Part shown: positions 17,637 through 31,452 of the stretch, piece after piece
Position numbering within the stretch: position 1 is the first letter of the stretch
Layout: each line of letters begins with the position of its first letter
NCBI GenBank assembly: GCA_964016885.1
Contig: OZ024753.1
Span: forward strand, 31,744,001-31,808,000
Source of the DNA: Eledone cirrhosa
Taxonomy: Eukaryota
Direction of reading: 5' to 3'
DNA length: 64,000 nucleotides
Translations under genes and position numbers: made by a program
Notes under the pieces: model-generated
Databases searched by the model: none
What the model was told of the DNA's origin: nothing
What the model saw: the letters and a program-made list of their open reading frames with translations, nothing else

Positions 17637-17907
17637 ATAAATATACACTTACATATATATATATTTATATATATGCATATATATATATATATATATATAT
17701 GCATTTATATATATATATATGCATATATATATATATATATGCATCTATATATATACACAAATATATATGAATATTTATATGCATATATATATATATATAC
17801 ATATATATATGAATATTTATATGCATATATATATACACATATATTTATATGAATATTTATATGCATATATATATATATACACACATATATTTATATGAAT
17901 ATTTATA

Positions 17908-17963
<56 letters not shown>

Positions 17964-18142
17964 TATTTATATGCATATATATATGCATATATATATGAAT
18001 ATTTATATGCATATATATATACACATATATTTATATGAATATTTATATGCATATTTATATATATATATACACATATATATATGGATATTTATATTTATAT
18101 ACACATATATATATACGTAGATATATATACAAACACATACAT

Positions 18143-18222
<80 letters not shown>

Positions 18223-19170
18223 TTGTTAGTATTCATATTTCTGCTTGTGTTGTTGTTTTTGGTTCCATTCTTATTTCTTCATCTTGTTATTAAATACACT
18301 AAGACGTATATTGTGGGAGGGATTACAAAGTACTGCATAAGATATAAAAGATTCTCTGGCAGTGTATTAGTTACAATCTGTATTTTGATCCAATAGAAAT
18401 GCGATCAATGGTAAGAGATTATCTTTTTCCTGTGTCTATAAATATATTTACTCTCGGGTCTTTCTTGGATTAAATCTTAATTACGCGAAATAAATACAAA
18501 CAGTGCATTTTTCCAAAATATTGTTTTGAGGTTAAAAATAATAATGAGATTAAATAATAAATACATCTTTATTTTATATGTATTATATTTCATTTTATTA
18601 TATTTTATTTATTTATTCAAATACCAGATTTAAGGGATTGGTTCCGGAACCATTAAATCTCAAATAATCCAACAATGTATAAAGATGCGTATTTTTATCT
18701 CGCTTTGTTTTGAGTTTTGTTTTCGTTCTTTACATAGTAAGTTATGAAGAATCAATATTTAGAAATTCAAATGTTTCATTTATATCTGTCTATCACTGAA
18801 TTAACTATACTGTATCAGTCACTGAATTAATCGCGCTGTATCTGTCACTGAATTAATTGTACTGCATCAGTATTCTAGATTAAAATGTATTGGGTTATTA
18901 TATTAATTATTACAATATAAACTGTGTGATTCGAACTCCAACAATACAGCCTTAAGTATAAATATTAAAGTGCATCAGTCATGAAGAGATATTTCTTTGT
19001 TAAACGTGTCAATAGACTGAAATCTACCCGAGTTTTCTGCCGTTCTAGTTAACAGCATTTGAGTGAAATAAACAAAGCGGTATCGTTAAGAAGCAGTGGG
19101 AAAGTGTTTGTGCGTCCCAACTCCGATGAAAATAATAGTAGTCGATCACTATATATATACATACATATAT

Positions 19171-19262
19171 ATAACAAAGTGTGGTAAGGAACCAGGTGGA
19201 CCATAACGCCTAGCTGTCGGAACGGCCGGAGCTCAGCTGTCTGGGTCCTGACTCATTTCCTA
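19171..19262. mobile_element. Family A copy 3 (centre missing)
   Basis: Minus-strand tail end fused directly to the plus-strand arm ctagctgtcggaacggcc...tttccta. Confidence 0.7.
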
Positions 19263-19268
19263 CGTATG

Positions 19269-19355
<87 letters not shown>

Positions 19356-19438
19356 CATAAGCTCACAGGTACACACGGCCAACCAAACGAGTTACGGTGT
19401 TGGCACAAAAATATCGATGGCCACCCAAACTTCAAAAG

Positions 19439-19471
<33 letters not shown>

Positions 19472-19481
19472 TATCTATCTA

Positions 19482-19811
19482 AGGCGGGTAAAATTCCCGA
19501 GATCCATGGACGAGTTCTCTCCAGCGGTCTCTGTCCCTCATTATCGCTGCCATTTCCTGCATCTCCAACAGACCAGTGTCTGTCCTGAGGGCATCAACAT
19601 ATGTTAACCTTGGTCTTCCTCTTCTAATGTGTCACTCAGATGGTGGATGGGTGCTACACGAGAATGCTGAGGATGGCTCTGAACATTAATCAGTATACAC
19701 TGAGGATGAAAAACTCAGAGCTGTATGGGAGCATCCCAAAAGTCAGCTCAAAAGTGACACAGAGGAGACTGAGGTTGGCTGGACATGCTCACCGACATCC
19801 AGAGTTGACAT
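19482..19811 (-). mobile_element. RTE-clade LINE 3' fragment with inverted 5' part
   Basis: Minus 19482-19633 encodes [17 protein letters not shown]...[19 protein letters not shown]; plus 19640-19811 encodes the upstream DGCYTRMLRMAL...RRLRLAGHAHRHPEL. Confidence 0.8.
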
Positions 19812-19812
19812 T

Positions 19813-19872
<60 letters not shown>

Positions 19873-20748
19873 GGTTTGCCTGATTCCCTGGAAACAACGT
19901 CGCCATTTCTCAACGAATCATCACAAACATGGATGGCGCTTTATACAAATAAATGAAGGATGTAGAAAGGGAAATCTTTCTATTTGAGTAGGAGTGGCAT
20001 TGAGAGACAGGAGAGAAAGAACCATTTGAAAAGGAGAATAGTTGAAATTTCTGTAAAATAAGAATGCGAACTGCTGATTCCAATAACTTGGGCCATCACA
20101 ATTATCCTTAATAAATCCTATTTTCATCAGAATCGATTTTTTAATTGTAGGTCATTTAGTTAAGCGATAGTACTTCCTATACGGATTCGTGTAGCAGACT
20201 GAAATACAGCAAATAATGCAAAATCGATTGCAATTGTGAACGTTCTAGACTAAATATTATTTCATCAATGTAAATTTTGAAATATGTCTTGGTGTGCTTA
20301 AGAAAATGTAATTATCTAGAGAGATGAAATTTTTATATATATATATTTTATTTAAAAAGAAATCTACAATAATTCTGCTGTTGAGATTTGAGAGAAAAGA
20401 AAATACAATCCTATAATTTCGTGATAGAAATTCTACTCTCTCAGTGTTGTAAAAAAATACACATCTTGCTCGAAAGAAATCCGTTGAAATAATGAAACAG
20501 AAAACATATTTAAAAAAATACTATTTTCTTCACTGATAGAATCCAAGCAGTTAGTAGCAAATATAAAGATGTTTGTATTGTCGTGTCTGTACCTATAAAT
20601 GAATTGGTATAGACGAAGTTGCATTAGCTAGATTAAAACAACTTTATTCTATCTAAAACCACAGCTAAACATTCTCTTTTTCCGTTCCATTGCAAAATAA
20701 AATCAATGATACGCTGTTATGGTGTGCTGCATAAGTAATTCAATACAT

Positions 20749-20846
<98 letters not shown>

Positions 20847-21312
20847 CATATAACATTATTGTGCAATAAGCATAGAATGTATTTTGTCTAGGCAGTCTAA
20901 TACACTTTTATTTAGAATAATAGTCATATATATTATCACTTTCTATGTGAGTTTATGTGTGTATGCTTGTGTATGCCTATTTCTGTAAAGATGTGTGTGT
21001 ATGTCTATTTGTGTATATATGTGTGGCAGGATGATATATATATATTGTTGTATTATATATTTATTATATTATTTCGATTACTCTGTTTCCTGATTGTTCA
21101 CTGATATCGCAAGCAACTGTCATCAGTGAGGATTCATGAAACTCGGAGTACGATGAATTGAGAAGTTGGAGTTACCTACCACGCTAATGAAACGTGCGTA
21201 TTCGCGTTATGCAATAGTAATTTAATATAAGTGTACAGCATAACTCGGCCTACAGACTGAGTGTTTTGACTTTGAATATTTTTACTGTTTTTACTACATA
21301 TATATATATATA

Positions 21313-21453
21313 TAAACAAAGAGGCTGTGGTAAGATACCTGGTGAACCATAACGCACCAGAGTACTCAATACTTACGGTAGTAAAGTGGGTAATATGAAA
21401 ACAGCCAGGACCCCGACGGCTGAGCTCCAGCCGTTTCGATAGCTAGATCCGAA
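21313..21453 (-). mobile_element. Family A copy 4
   Basis: Tail plus hammerhead 3' half (GAAA-cggctggagctcagccg-TC) between TA tracts. Confidence 0.75.
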
Positions 21454-22551
21454 CATATATATATATATATCCTTCTCTGGGGTAAATCCACTGTGTACAG
21501 ACTTCGTTTGTGTTTCTTGATACAGGGACGTAGGAACGTTTTCTTTTTCCTAGGGAGGATTAGATGTTCTACTTCATTCGTTAGTAAGAAATTATATTTT
21601 GACTTGATTTTACCTATTTAGTCTCATGTTTTGGAGTTTTTAACGAGTTCGGGACCCGAAATCTGTTGGTACAAAAATAGGCGTGAAAACTTGAAATGTA
21701 GTTTTCTTTGCACGACAGCAGGAATAAAGATACAATTAGGACGAATGGAGAGCCTGTGTCTCTCAGTCGCAAATAGATCGGAGCGGCTGCCAGAGTATTG
21801 TTACAATTGCCAGAGTATGATTGTCATTGTCTTTCTAAAAATATTCAATTTTATTGTTCTATTGATTTCTTCTGTCTTTCAAAAATCAAATTCGTTTCGA
21901 AAGAATTTCATATATAAATCTAAAGTTTAAAGTGTTTTCGGTCAGCGCAGTTCATAATTTTATTGTAGCGTCTACTGATTCTACACCTGCTCAGTATACA
22001 TACTATTTCTTTTATTAGGTATTTTCCATTCAAGAAACATCTTATTCTATCACTGCAGTTACATGCGGGTTGTATATTTGTCTGATATTTATAGCATTTT
22101 GGCTGTGTTTAGAAGTGTTTATGTACGATTGTATACATATTGGTAAATTTAATTTCATTTTTTTTATTTATATATTGATAAAATATATATATATATATAT
22201 GAAAGAAGGATTTGTTTATGACAAATGTTAGTTTTCTGTGTAGGTGTCGTGTATTTTGCAAGATGTTTCTGTTCTGAGAGTTATATGGCATGTTGCTAGT
22301 AGTTAAAATTTAATCTTATTTTTTATTGTATTTTCTTTATACTGGGAAGGTGGTAAGTATTAGTTCTATACGTAGATATTATATATTATATTACTTAGTG
22401 CTGTTTTATGAGGTGTGTATATGTATATATATATATAGATATATATACAGTATATATATATAGAGAGAGAGAGAGAGTTAGATAGATAGATAGATAGATA
22501 CACGTATATGTATGTATATACACATACATATATATTTATGTGTGTATATCT

Positions 22552-22591
<40 letters not shown>

Positions 22592-22857
22592 CCGTGTGTG
22601 TCTATATTAGGTGTCTAACTACAGGTACAGCTGGTGCGCCGTTCGTAGCACTCAATGTTGTTGAGAGGTCTGTCTCGTGTTGGTTTTATTCCAGATTTAA
22701 GGCGGCTGTAGTGTGCCGAGTGTAAAACGATGTCGAAGAAGAGTTGGGCCCCGCCACGTTTATTGCAACCAGAGCTGGTCAATATTGAAACAATTTTAAT
22801 ATACCAATAAATTTTGTACATATACTGTAACACTGACTTCGATTCTACTCTCTCTCT

Positions 22858-22902
<45 letters not shown>

Positions 22903-23295
22903 ATATAGGTAAATGTATATGTGTGTGTATTTATACATATATATATATGCATGCACTCACATATACGTGTATATATGCATATATGTTTGTATGTTATATA
23001 TATATACACATACATATATATGTGGTGTGATAAATGTATATATATATATGTGTGTGTGTATAACGCTTTGATGAGGTGTTTCATGTTGTTGTTTTTTTCC
23101 TACTTCAAAAACTTGTATAAACAGAAAAAGAATTTGCTATATAATTAGTTTAGGTCTTGATTATCTTCATGACTTGCTCGTTAAAATCTTTACAAGCTTA
23201 TAGTTTCCATTATTTCTTCTTATCTTCATGCTCTTCGTGATACGAAGACAATTATTTTTCAACTTTCGCTATCTCTTCCTCCTTATATCTATCTC

Positions 23296-23420
<125 letters not shown>

Positions 23421-24140
23421 CTCTCTTTCTCTGTGTTCATCTCTCTCTTTATATCTATATTCCTCCCACTCTGTGTCTCTCGCTCGCTCGCTTTCCCTCA
23501 CTCTCCCTTACTCTCTCTACTATCTCTCTCTTTCTATCTCTCTTTCTCACTCGCTCGCTTGCTTACCAAGTGTGGAACTTGTTTTTGTGTTTCGTCATCC
23601 ATGTTTTTTTTTATTTTCATCATTATAATTTGCTTATTTTAAAATGCAATGATCGAATACAAATTAGCCTTTTGGGGGAAAAGACAATTCCAAGATTACA
23701 TTGCATTTTATATATTTATTTATCTAATCTTTAAACTATAACATCGTTATAAGAAATTGGATTATAACAACTGCTACTATCAACTTTTATACATAATTTC
23801 ACAATGTTCTTCTTTATTAGAGCTTTTTTACATATATTTAACTCCTCTCATATTTTACTTTTTGTTATAATAACTAGAATATAATGATATTTACAATTAA
23901 AATATAATAATAATTAAATGAAACTAAAAAAAAAAAAGGAAAGTGAGAGAGGGAATAAGGGACAGACTGTACGGTTCAGTTTCAGTGGTGATTCACTTAT
24001 TAGACTGCTCGTGATTGTAAGTGCATTTCCTGTTGCTGCTGTTGTTGTTGTTGTTGTCTTTTTGCGACCAGGTCTGCCATGAACGTGGGGAGCAATGATT
24101 CGCAAACAGGGTGCCACTTTCAGTGCCGCTTTGAGTCTTT

Positions 24141-24322
24141 GATTGGCAGTATCGGTAGAGGGTCGGACGCCATGCTTTGACGCATAGAGTTACGGCCCTT
24201 GCCATTCTGAGTTCAAATCCCGCCGAGGTTAACTTTGCCTTTCATCCTTACGGGGTCTATAAAATAAAGTACCCGTAATGCACTGGGGTAATTGCTGGCT
24301 TTGTGCCAAATGTAGAAACAAT
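24141..24322 (+). mobile_element. SINE family 1
   Basis: Full-length copy. Confidence 0.85.
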
Positions 24323-24765
24323 TAGATTTTACGTTGCTCTGGTCTACACACTGGAGAAAAAATGAAGTGTACCTATAGTTCAAAGTGCCAGCTTTGTCCA
24401 TGCTGAACCTCTCTGAGAAATACATTAAGAATACACAAAACTAGGGAATGCTCAGCCGCTTGCATGCTTATTTTACGAGCAGGCTGTTCCGTGGCTCAAA
24501 CAGGAAGAATCATCGTAGAAACTGACGGAGGTCCATTGTAGTCTGTAGACTGATATTGCCAACAGCTCTTGCAGCCACATAGTCTCACTTGTTGTGCATA
24601 TGTATATGTGTTCACATTTTGATGTATATAAATGTGTATGTGCCTATACATATATATATATATATGTAATATATATGTGTGTATGTATGTAATATACATA
24701 TATTTATATCGAAACCGCTTGGCACCGCGGTCAGGATTTTGCATCTATCCATATATTTACATATA

Positions 24766-25530
<765 letters not shown>

Positions 25531-25611
25531 GAAAAGTTGAACGGGAACAAAACAGAGAGGCAGTACAACAAATGTTTATTAATTTCAGGCTCTTGAGAGT
25601 GGGGTGGTGGT

Positions 25612-25650
25612 GGGGAACGACGTTTCGGGCATAAGCCCTTCTTCAGGTGA
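25612..25650 (-). ncRNA. Hammerhead core CTGAAGAAGGGCTTATGCCCGAAACGTCG (Penelope-like pLTR type)
   Basis: Minus strand CTGAAGA-a-gggc(ttat)gccc-GAAA-cgtcg-TT; no stem I pairing visible; AATAAA about 35 nt downstream; preceded by a C-rich tract on the same strand. Confidence 0.55.
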
Positions 25651-26928
25651 AAAGTGTGTGGGAAGAGAGTTCAAAGAGTGTGTAGGGGAGTGTTGGGGAG
25701 ACATATAGCAAAAAGGGGGTGAGCGGTAATGGTGCAAATGAATTTAAAAATAAAGGCATGATCAAAATAAAATTAAAAGGGGGTAAAACAGGTGGTGGAA
25801 GGGTGTGGGGCGTGTAGGGGTGGTGGCAGGTGGAGTGGGGAGAAGGAGACGGGGTGTCCGAGCGGGGAGGGCTGAAGGTGGTGTGTGTGTGTAGGTGTAC
25901 GTGTGTGTGTGTGTGTATGTGAAAGCAAGGGTTGGGGGAAGAACGGGGTTGCATATATATATAGGGGGGGGGGGATTTATATATGGGGGCGTGCATGTGT
26001 ATGTGTATATATATATATATGGCTATATATATATATTTATATGTTTGTGTGTGTATGTGTGAATTTAATTTAATCTCTATTTAAAATATAACGCCGTTAT
26101 CCGAAATTGGATTATGACAACAGCTGCGCTACGAACATCGACGCTTAACTTGTAATTTTCTTATTCATTGCGCTTATTAACAGATGTGAATTATTTCCCA
26201 TCGTTATCTTTAAAATTACTTTTGATTTACGTCTGTACTCACTTTCTCATTCTCTCTCTCATCTCTCTTTCTCTTTCTTTTTCTCTCTCTCTCTTTCTCT
26301 GTCTCTCTAATAAACAACCATATATATATATATATATATATAATGTGTGTGTGTGTATATGTATGCATATTGGTCTGTCTCGGTTTATGTTTGAGTTCAC
26401 TGCACTGAGTTCAATTACCGCCCTCTTCTGCCAGGAGTTGCAAACAGCAGATAAAAGAGAGCAATGTATATAACAATGGAACTATTGTCACCTTGGTCCG
26501 ATTTCCTGTTACTCTCCTGTCGGACCCCATCCCTTTCCAACTGTGAACACAACCGATTCCTCTGCCAAGAACAGGGAGCGTGAATAATTTTTCTTCGATT
26601 TTGCGCTGGTACATTATAATATAAAAAGCAATGTTACTTTTGGCAGGTTTTGAACATATACACGTACACACAAACGTATGCTGTTCCTTCAACTTCATTA
26701 AATTCAACTCAGGGCTTCATATACCATTTATATCACCTATCGTCTTCCATATAAACCACATCCTCTATAAATAAACCGTAAATTTTAACCTACTTTCAAT
26801 TGTATCTTTTCTCAATCATTTCATTTTACAAAAGTAATTATCCAAACTTCTCAGACTGTCCCGCATGCACACACACTAACAACTACGTGCATACCTCAGT
26901 ACATACATGCCTATTATATATGTATATG

Positions 26929-26983
<55 letters not shown>

Positions 26984-27042
26984 GCCTATATATGTATTTA
27001 TGTACATATATCAGACACACAGATATACATACATATGTATTT

Positions 27043-27129
<87 letters not shown>

Positions 27130-27574
27130 GAGAGATTGATACAATCAACTGACTGTACAATCTACTAATCTACTAAATTTGCTAATATATAGTTCCCGCA
27201 ACCAAGATTTACTGAAATTGGTTGTAAATTACACTACGGAAACAAGCTCTTCTCGTTAATGGATGTCAAATAAACACTGTATGATAAGTTCATCCAAATA
27301 AAATTGGCTGTCGGCCGACAGTCATTTATTTCGACTAAACTCGCGTCAAGGCGGCAAATTGGTAAAGTCGTCATAGACTTCCTTTTGCTATTTTGTTCCG
27401 AAACTTCTTTCTTCACTACGTTTTGAATTGAAATCCCGCTGAGCTCAACGTTGTGTTTCATCCTCTCACAGTCGATACAGCACACACAGATACATTCCTT
27501 CAAGTCTAGTGTATAAAAGACTGACAGATGTTAACGACAGCAACAGTTGGCTGATAAAATGACAAGTCAGTCAA

Positions 27575-27745
27575 TCATATTGGTGGCCTCCCCACAACCC
27601 CGGCGGACAGAATGGAGAAGGCGTTTCCCCGGAGGACGGCAAGGGAGACGCGCTGGAAAAGCCATTCCAACTCGCGAGGCTCACACCTGCGGCTGCCCAG
27701 CTCAGCGCCTATAGTGGTGAGTAACCAGTCAAGTTCCAGGAAGAG
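27575..27745 (-). mobile_element. CRE-like (RLE-type) non-LTR retrotransposon C-terminal fragment
   Basis: IGAELGSRRCEPRELEWLFQRVSLAVLRGNAFSIL resembles the (F/L)QR.S.A.QRGNA C-terminal motif of CRE-clade elements. Confidence 0.65.
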
Positions 27746-27895
27746 AACGAATGGAGCTGATCGTCGAATCGGACTGAGCAAGCACACACACACACACACA
27801 CATACATACATTATGTATTTGCATGTATAATAAGGAGTTGTTTGCGTCAAGCCCTGATGAAAGTTGTTGAAACGTTACCATAGAGGTGATATATT

Positions 27896-28085
27896 AATTG
27901 TTTCTACTTTAGGCACAAGGCCAGCAATTACCCAGTGCATTACTGGTACTTTATTTTATCGACCCCGTAAGGATGAAAGGCAAAGTTAACCTCGGCGGGA
28001 TTTGAACTCAGAATGGCAAGGACCGTAACTATATGCGTCAAAGCATGGCGTCCGACCCTCTACCGATACTGCCAATCCACCGCCC
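27896..28085 (-). mobile_element. SINE family 1
   Basis: TSD tagaggtgatatatt at 27881 and 28086. Confidence 0.88.
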
Positions 28086-28225
28086 TAGAGGTGATATATT
28101 AATGCCTTGAGGTGATATATTAATACCTAATAATTTGACACTGGGATTTTTCCCCGAAATTGTAAGGAATAATTAAACACCTTGAACGTAACATTCCATC
28201 AACTTTCTTATCATTAATCTTAAAA

Positions 28226-28415
28226 GGCGGTGGAATGGCGATATCGGTGGACGGTGGGACACCATGCTTTGCAGCAAAGTGTTACGGCCGTTATGGTCTG
28301 AGTTCAAATCCCGCCGATGTTAACTTTGCCTTTCGTCCTTACAGGGTCTATAAAATAAAGTACCAGTAATACACTGGAATAATTGCTGGCATTGTGCCAA
28401 AAGTAGAAACAATTA
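28226..28415 (+). mobile_element. SINE family 1
   Basis: Full-length; attaatcttaaaa duplicated on both sides. Confidence 0.85.
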
Positions 28416-28471
28416 ATCTTAAAATTCATTTTCCTATTTGCATTGCTGAAGCCCTCTAAAAGATTGAGGAA

Positions 28472-28529
<58 letters not shown>

Positions 28530-29022
28530 CTCAGCTTGCAGTGTAGCAGCCACGGGAAGTGAAGCAAAATAGAAACTAAACTAAGAGATATACACAATGT
28601 TTACAGATTTGTTAGTGCATAATATATTTTAATACCCTGGCACGTTCGTAACAGGCGAATTTCAAATATGTTTTGATATACATACTGTGTATAAATGTAT
28701 TTCCTAGAAATATCTTTATGCCTCTGGCAAACATTTACTGGTTTTGGTATCGAAATTATAAGCAGAGTTCCAACTTGGATATAATTTCATGCTGTGTCTT
28801 ATCTTTTTATTTTACTTTCATTTTTCTCGTCCTGTTGTGTCTTGCCAAGAACAGGCCTATTTCATCAGTAACCGCTTACAGAGATAGCCAAGTGAGGTGC
28901 CCTGATAATATACGTTAAAATATCACAGTATCATCAATTCAAAACATAAAAACAAACTTTTTAACCATCTCGAAAACTATATATATATATATAGAGAGAG
29001 ATAGATAGATATATATATATGT

Positions 29023-29195
29023 ACATGTGGTTGACGGCTGAGAGAAAGGAGTACTCAATACCGAAATAGAGTTTTAATATTCATTTATATTAAGGCGAAA
29101 AAGTGAGTCTTGTTACTCTGGAGTTTCGTCTGTTTAACTTGTAACTCCAGAGTAAAGAGGTTCACTTTTTAACCTTAATATAAATGAATATATAA
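29023..29195 (-). mobile_element. Fold-back insert, family G copy 1
   Basis: Imperfect arms (about 29077-29123 / 29144-29191); minus strand GAAA-ctccagag-TA-acaag; related to 47581-47713. Confidence 0.65.
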
Positions 29196-29451
29196 GAGCT
29201 CAGCCGTCGGGCTCCGACGGCTGAGCTCTTGCCATTTCGACAACTAATTGATAAACTACCTGGTGTGTAATATTTGGAAATCTCGCATATATCTTTCGTT
29301 CTGTTTTGAGTCGTTTTCGTTTTACATTTGAAAAGAGAGTGGATAAGGGATTACTTTGTTTTGTTTTATTTGTCATCTTTTGCCGTTTATATATTTCTAC
29401 CACAATGTTCCGACTTTCTGTAAATTATCAGTCAGTAATTACACACACACA

Positions 29452-29500
<49 letters not shown>

Positions 29501-29504
<4 letters not shown>

Positions 29505-29868
29505 GGTGTGGGATGCTTAAAGCGTCCGTAAGCGGTAAGTCGTTTGAGCACTCGATGCTCTTACAAAGAAGAGTATAATATCACATAAGAAACGGAGAAT
29601 CAGTGTTGCGACGAATAAAATGTATTAGACATATTACAATCGTTTCTCTGGCGACCAGCTCGAAGTATGATCGATGCAATGATCGAACCTGACTCTGAAA
29701 TCGTACATTTGGAAACTCTGCTTCGTAGAATCGAGACGTATCTGACGACCTTATGATTTCAGGGTCAGGTTCGATCATTGCATCGATCGTGCCTCGAGCT
29801 GGTCGCCAGAGAAACGATTGTAATATGATAAATGTTATTCGTCGCAACACTTATTCTCCGTTTTTTAT

Positions 29869-29875
<7 letters not shown>
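29501..29875 (-). mobile_element. Fold-back insert, family H
   Basis: Tail 29501-29574; arms about 29578-29705 / 29752-29875; TA flanks. Confidence 0.8.
29737..29827 (+). ncRNA. Type-I hammerhead with long irregular stem II (family H)
   Basis: cgtat-CTGACGA-(62 nt including the cgatc/gatcg hairpin)-GAAA-cgattg-TA-atatg; stem I cgtat/atatg; base of stem II imperfect. Confidence 0.6.
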
Positions 29876-29909
<34 letters not shown>

Positions 29910-30195
29910 TTGTCTTGTGTATAAAGATTCTTCAGAAGACGTGTATTAATTTTTCTTTCAATGTTCGTTCCACCCTCACCTTAATATGGTCCCTAAGCAG
30001 GAATCTTAATATAAAGCTATTTCTGCACTTACAGCCTTAAAACATTTATTACAAACTACAAATCACATTTCTGAGGATTAACAACTCTGTATCTTCTCAC
30101 CTCAACAATGCAGTATTTCTTCTGTGTTTCACTTGTTATTTAAATACGAAGATATTAAGTCTTCGTTTACTTAAGGGAATTCGTTTTTTAGAAAT

Positions 30196-30379
30196 AATTG
30201 TTTCTACTTTAGGCACAAGGCCAGCAATTACCCAGTGCATTACTGGTACTTTATTTTATCGACCCGTAAGGATGAAAGGCAAAGTCAACCTCGGCGGGAT
30301 TTGAACTCAGATCGTAAAGGGACGTAACTATGCTGGAAAGCATGGTGTCCGACCCTCTACCGATACTGCCAATCCACCA
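30196..30379 (-). mobile_element. SINE family 1
   Basis: Full-length reverse-complement copy. Confidence 0.85.
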
Positions 30380-30499
30380 ATAATAACAGAATATAACATT
30401 ATTTTAACCAAACTTTCTGGCTGTTCAAAAGATCCGTGCGTAGGCGTGAGATTCTATTTAACTGTGTTTGTTCTGCATATATATATATATAGGTGGTGG

Positions 30500-30535
<36 letters not shown>

Positions 30536-31169
30536 TTTATTTTATTTTTATTTTTTCATTTATGTAAATTTGTTTCATATTGACACCCGAGGCGTCAACA
30601 TGTAATTTATTTTGTATGGTGTTTTCCCTCTTCGATCTGTCTATCTGAAACTAAATTCACACAATCGAAATTAATTGGTAACATTCTCAATGGTCATATA
30701 TGTGTGTTTCTGTCTGTGCATTTGTTTGTATGTAGCTGTGTGTATTTGCCTGTGTCTGTATATATGTAGAAAAGCAGAAACTAACGTCAAAACCTGAGTG
30801 AGGTAATATATATTTTATTACAACTCTGAATCTAAACCAAATTTTTTGTGCCTCGGCACACTTGTGAATACTATTTATTTTTTTTATATATAGATATGTC
30901 CCGTTTATTTCTATAACTATTTGACAACAACACACTCTTTTTTTATTTTTCCTGGGGCCAATTCCAGTCCATATCCTGAAGTTTATCTCAAAGGTTTCCT
31001 CCTGAGAAATCAAAGATCTTTTTTTTTCCTCTCTCTCTTGTTCTTTTTCTTCTGAAAAGAAAGAGAAATTTACCAAAATATTTTCAGGGCTTTTAGAATT
31101 AAGATGCTTTCCAGATTTACCGCTGATGGTTGATGTGAGCATTCACTCATGAAAATTAAAAACAATCAG

Positions 31170-31209
<40 letters not shown>

Positions 31210-31228
31210 ATTATTATTATTATTATTA

Positions 31229-31452
31229 TAAAATGTTCTACATGGCTGAATACAATAAATGTAATCTGAGTTTTTCGTTTATTAGATTCGATTCGTTCGG
31301 AATTATGCAAACAAGCCTCATTTTTAACGCCATGTCAGTAGAATGAAGGGTTCATTCTACTGACATGGCTTTAGAAATGAGGCTTGTTTGCATAATTGCA
31401 AACGAATCGAATCTTATTATTAATATTCGAAAAACTCAGATTACATTTATTA
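31229..31452. mobile_element. Fold-back insert, family I
   Basis: Arms symmetric about ggg 31348-31350 (19 perfect bp at the centre, about 95 bp overall); no recognisable hammerhead core. Confidence 0.7.
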
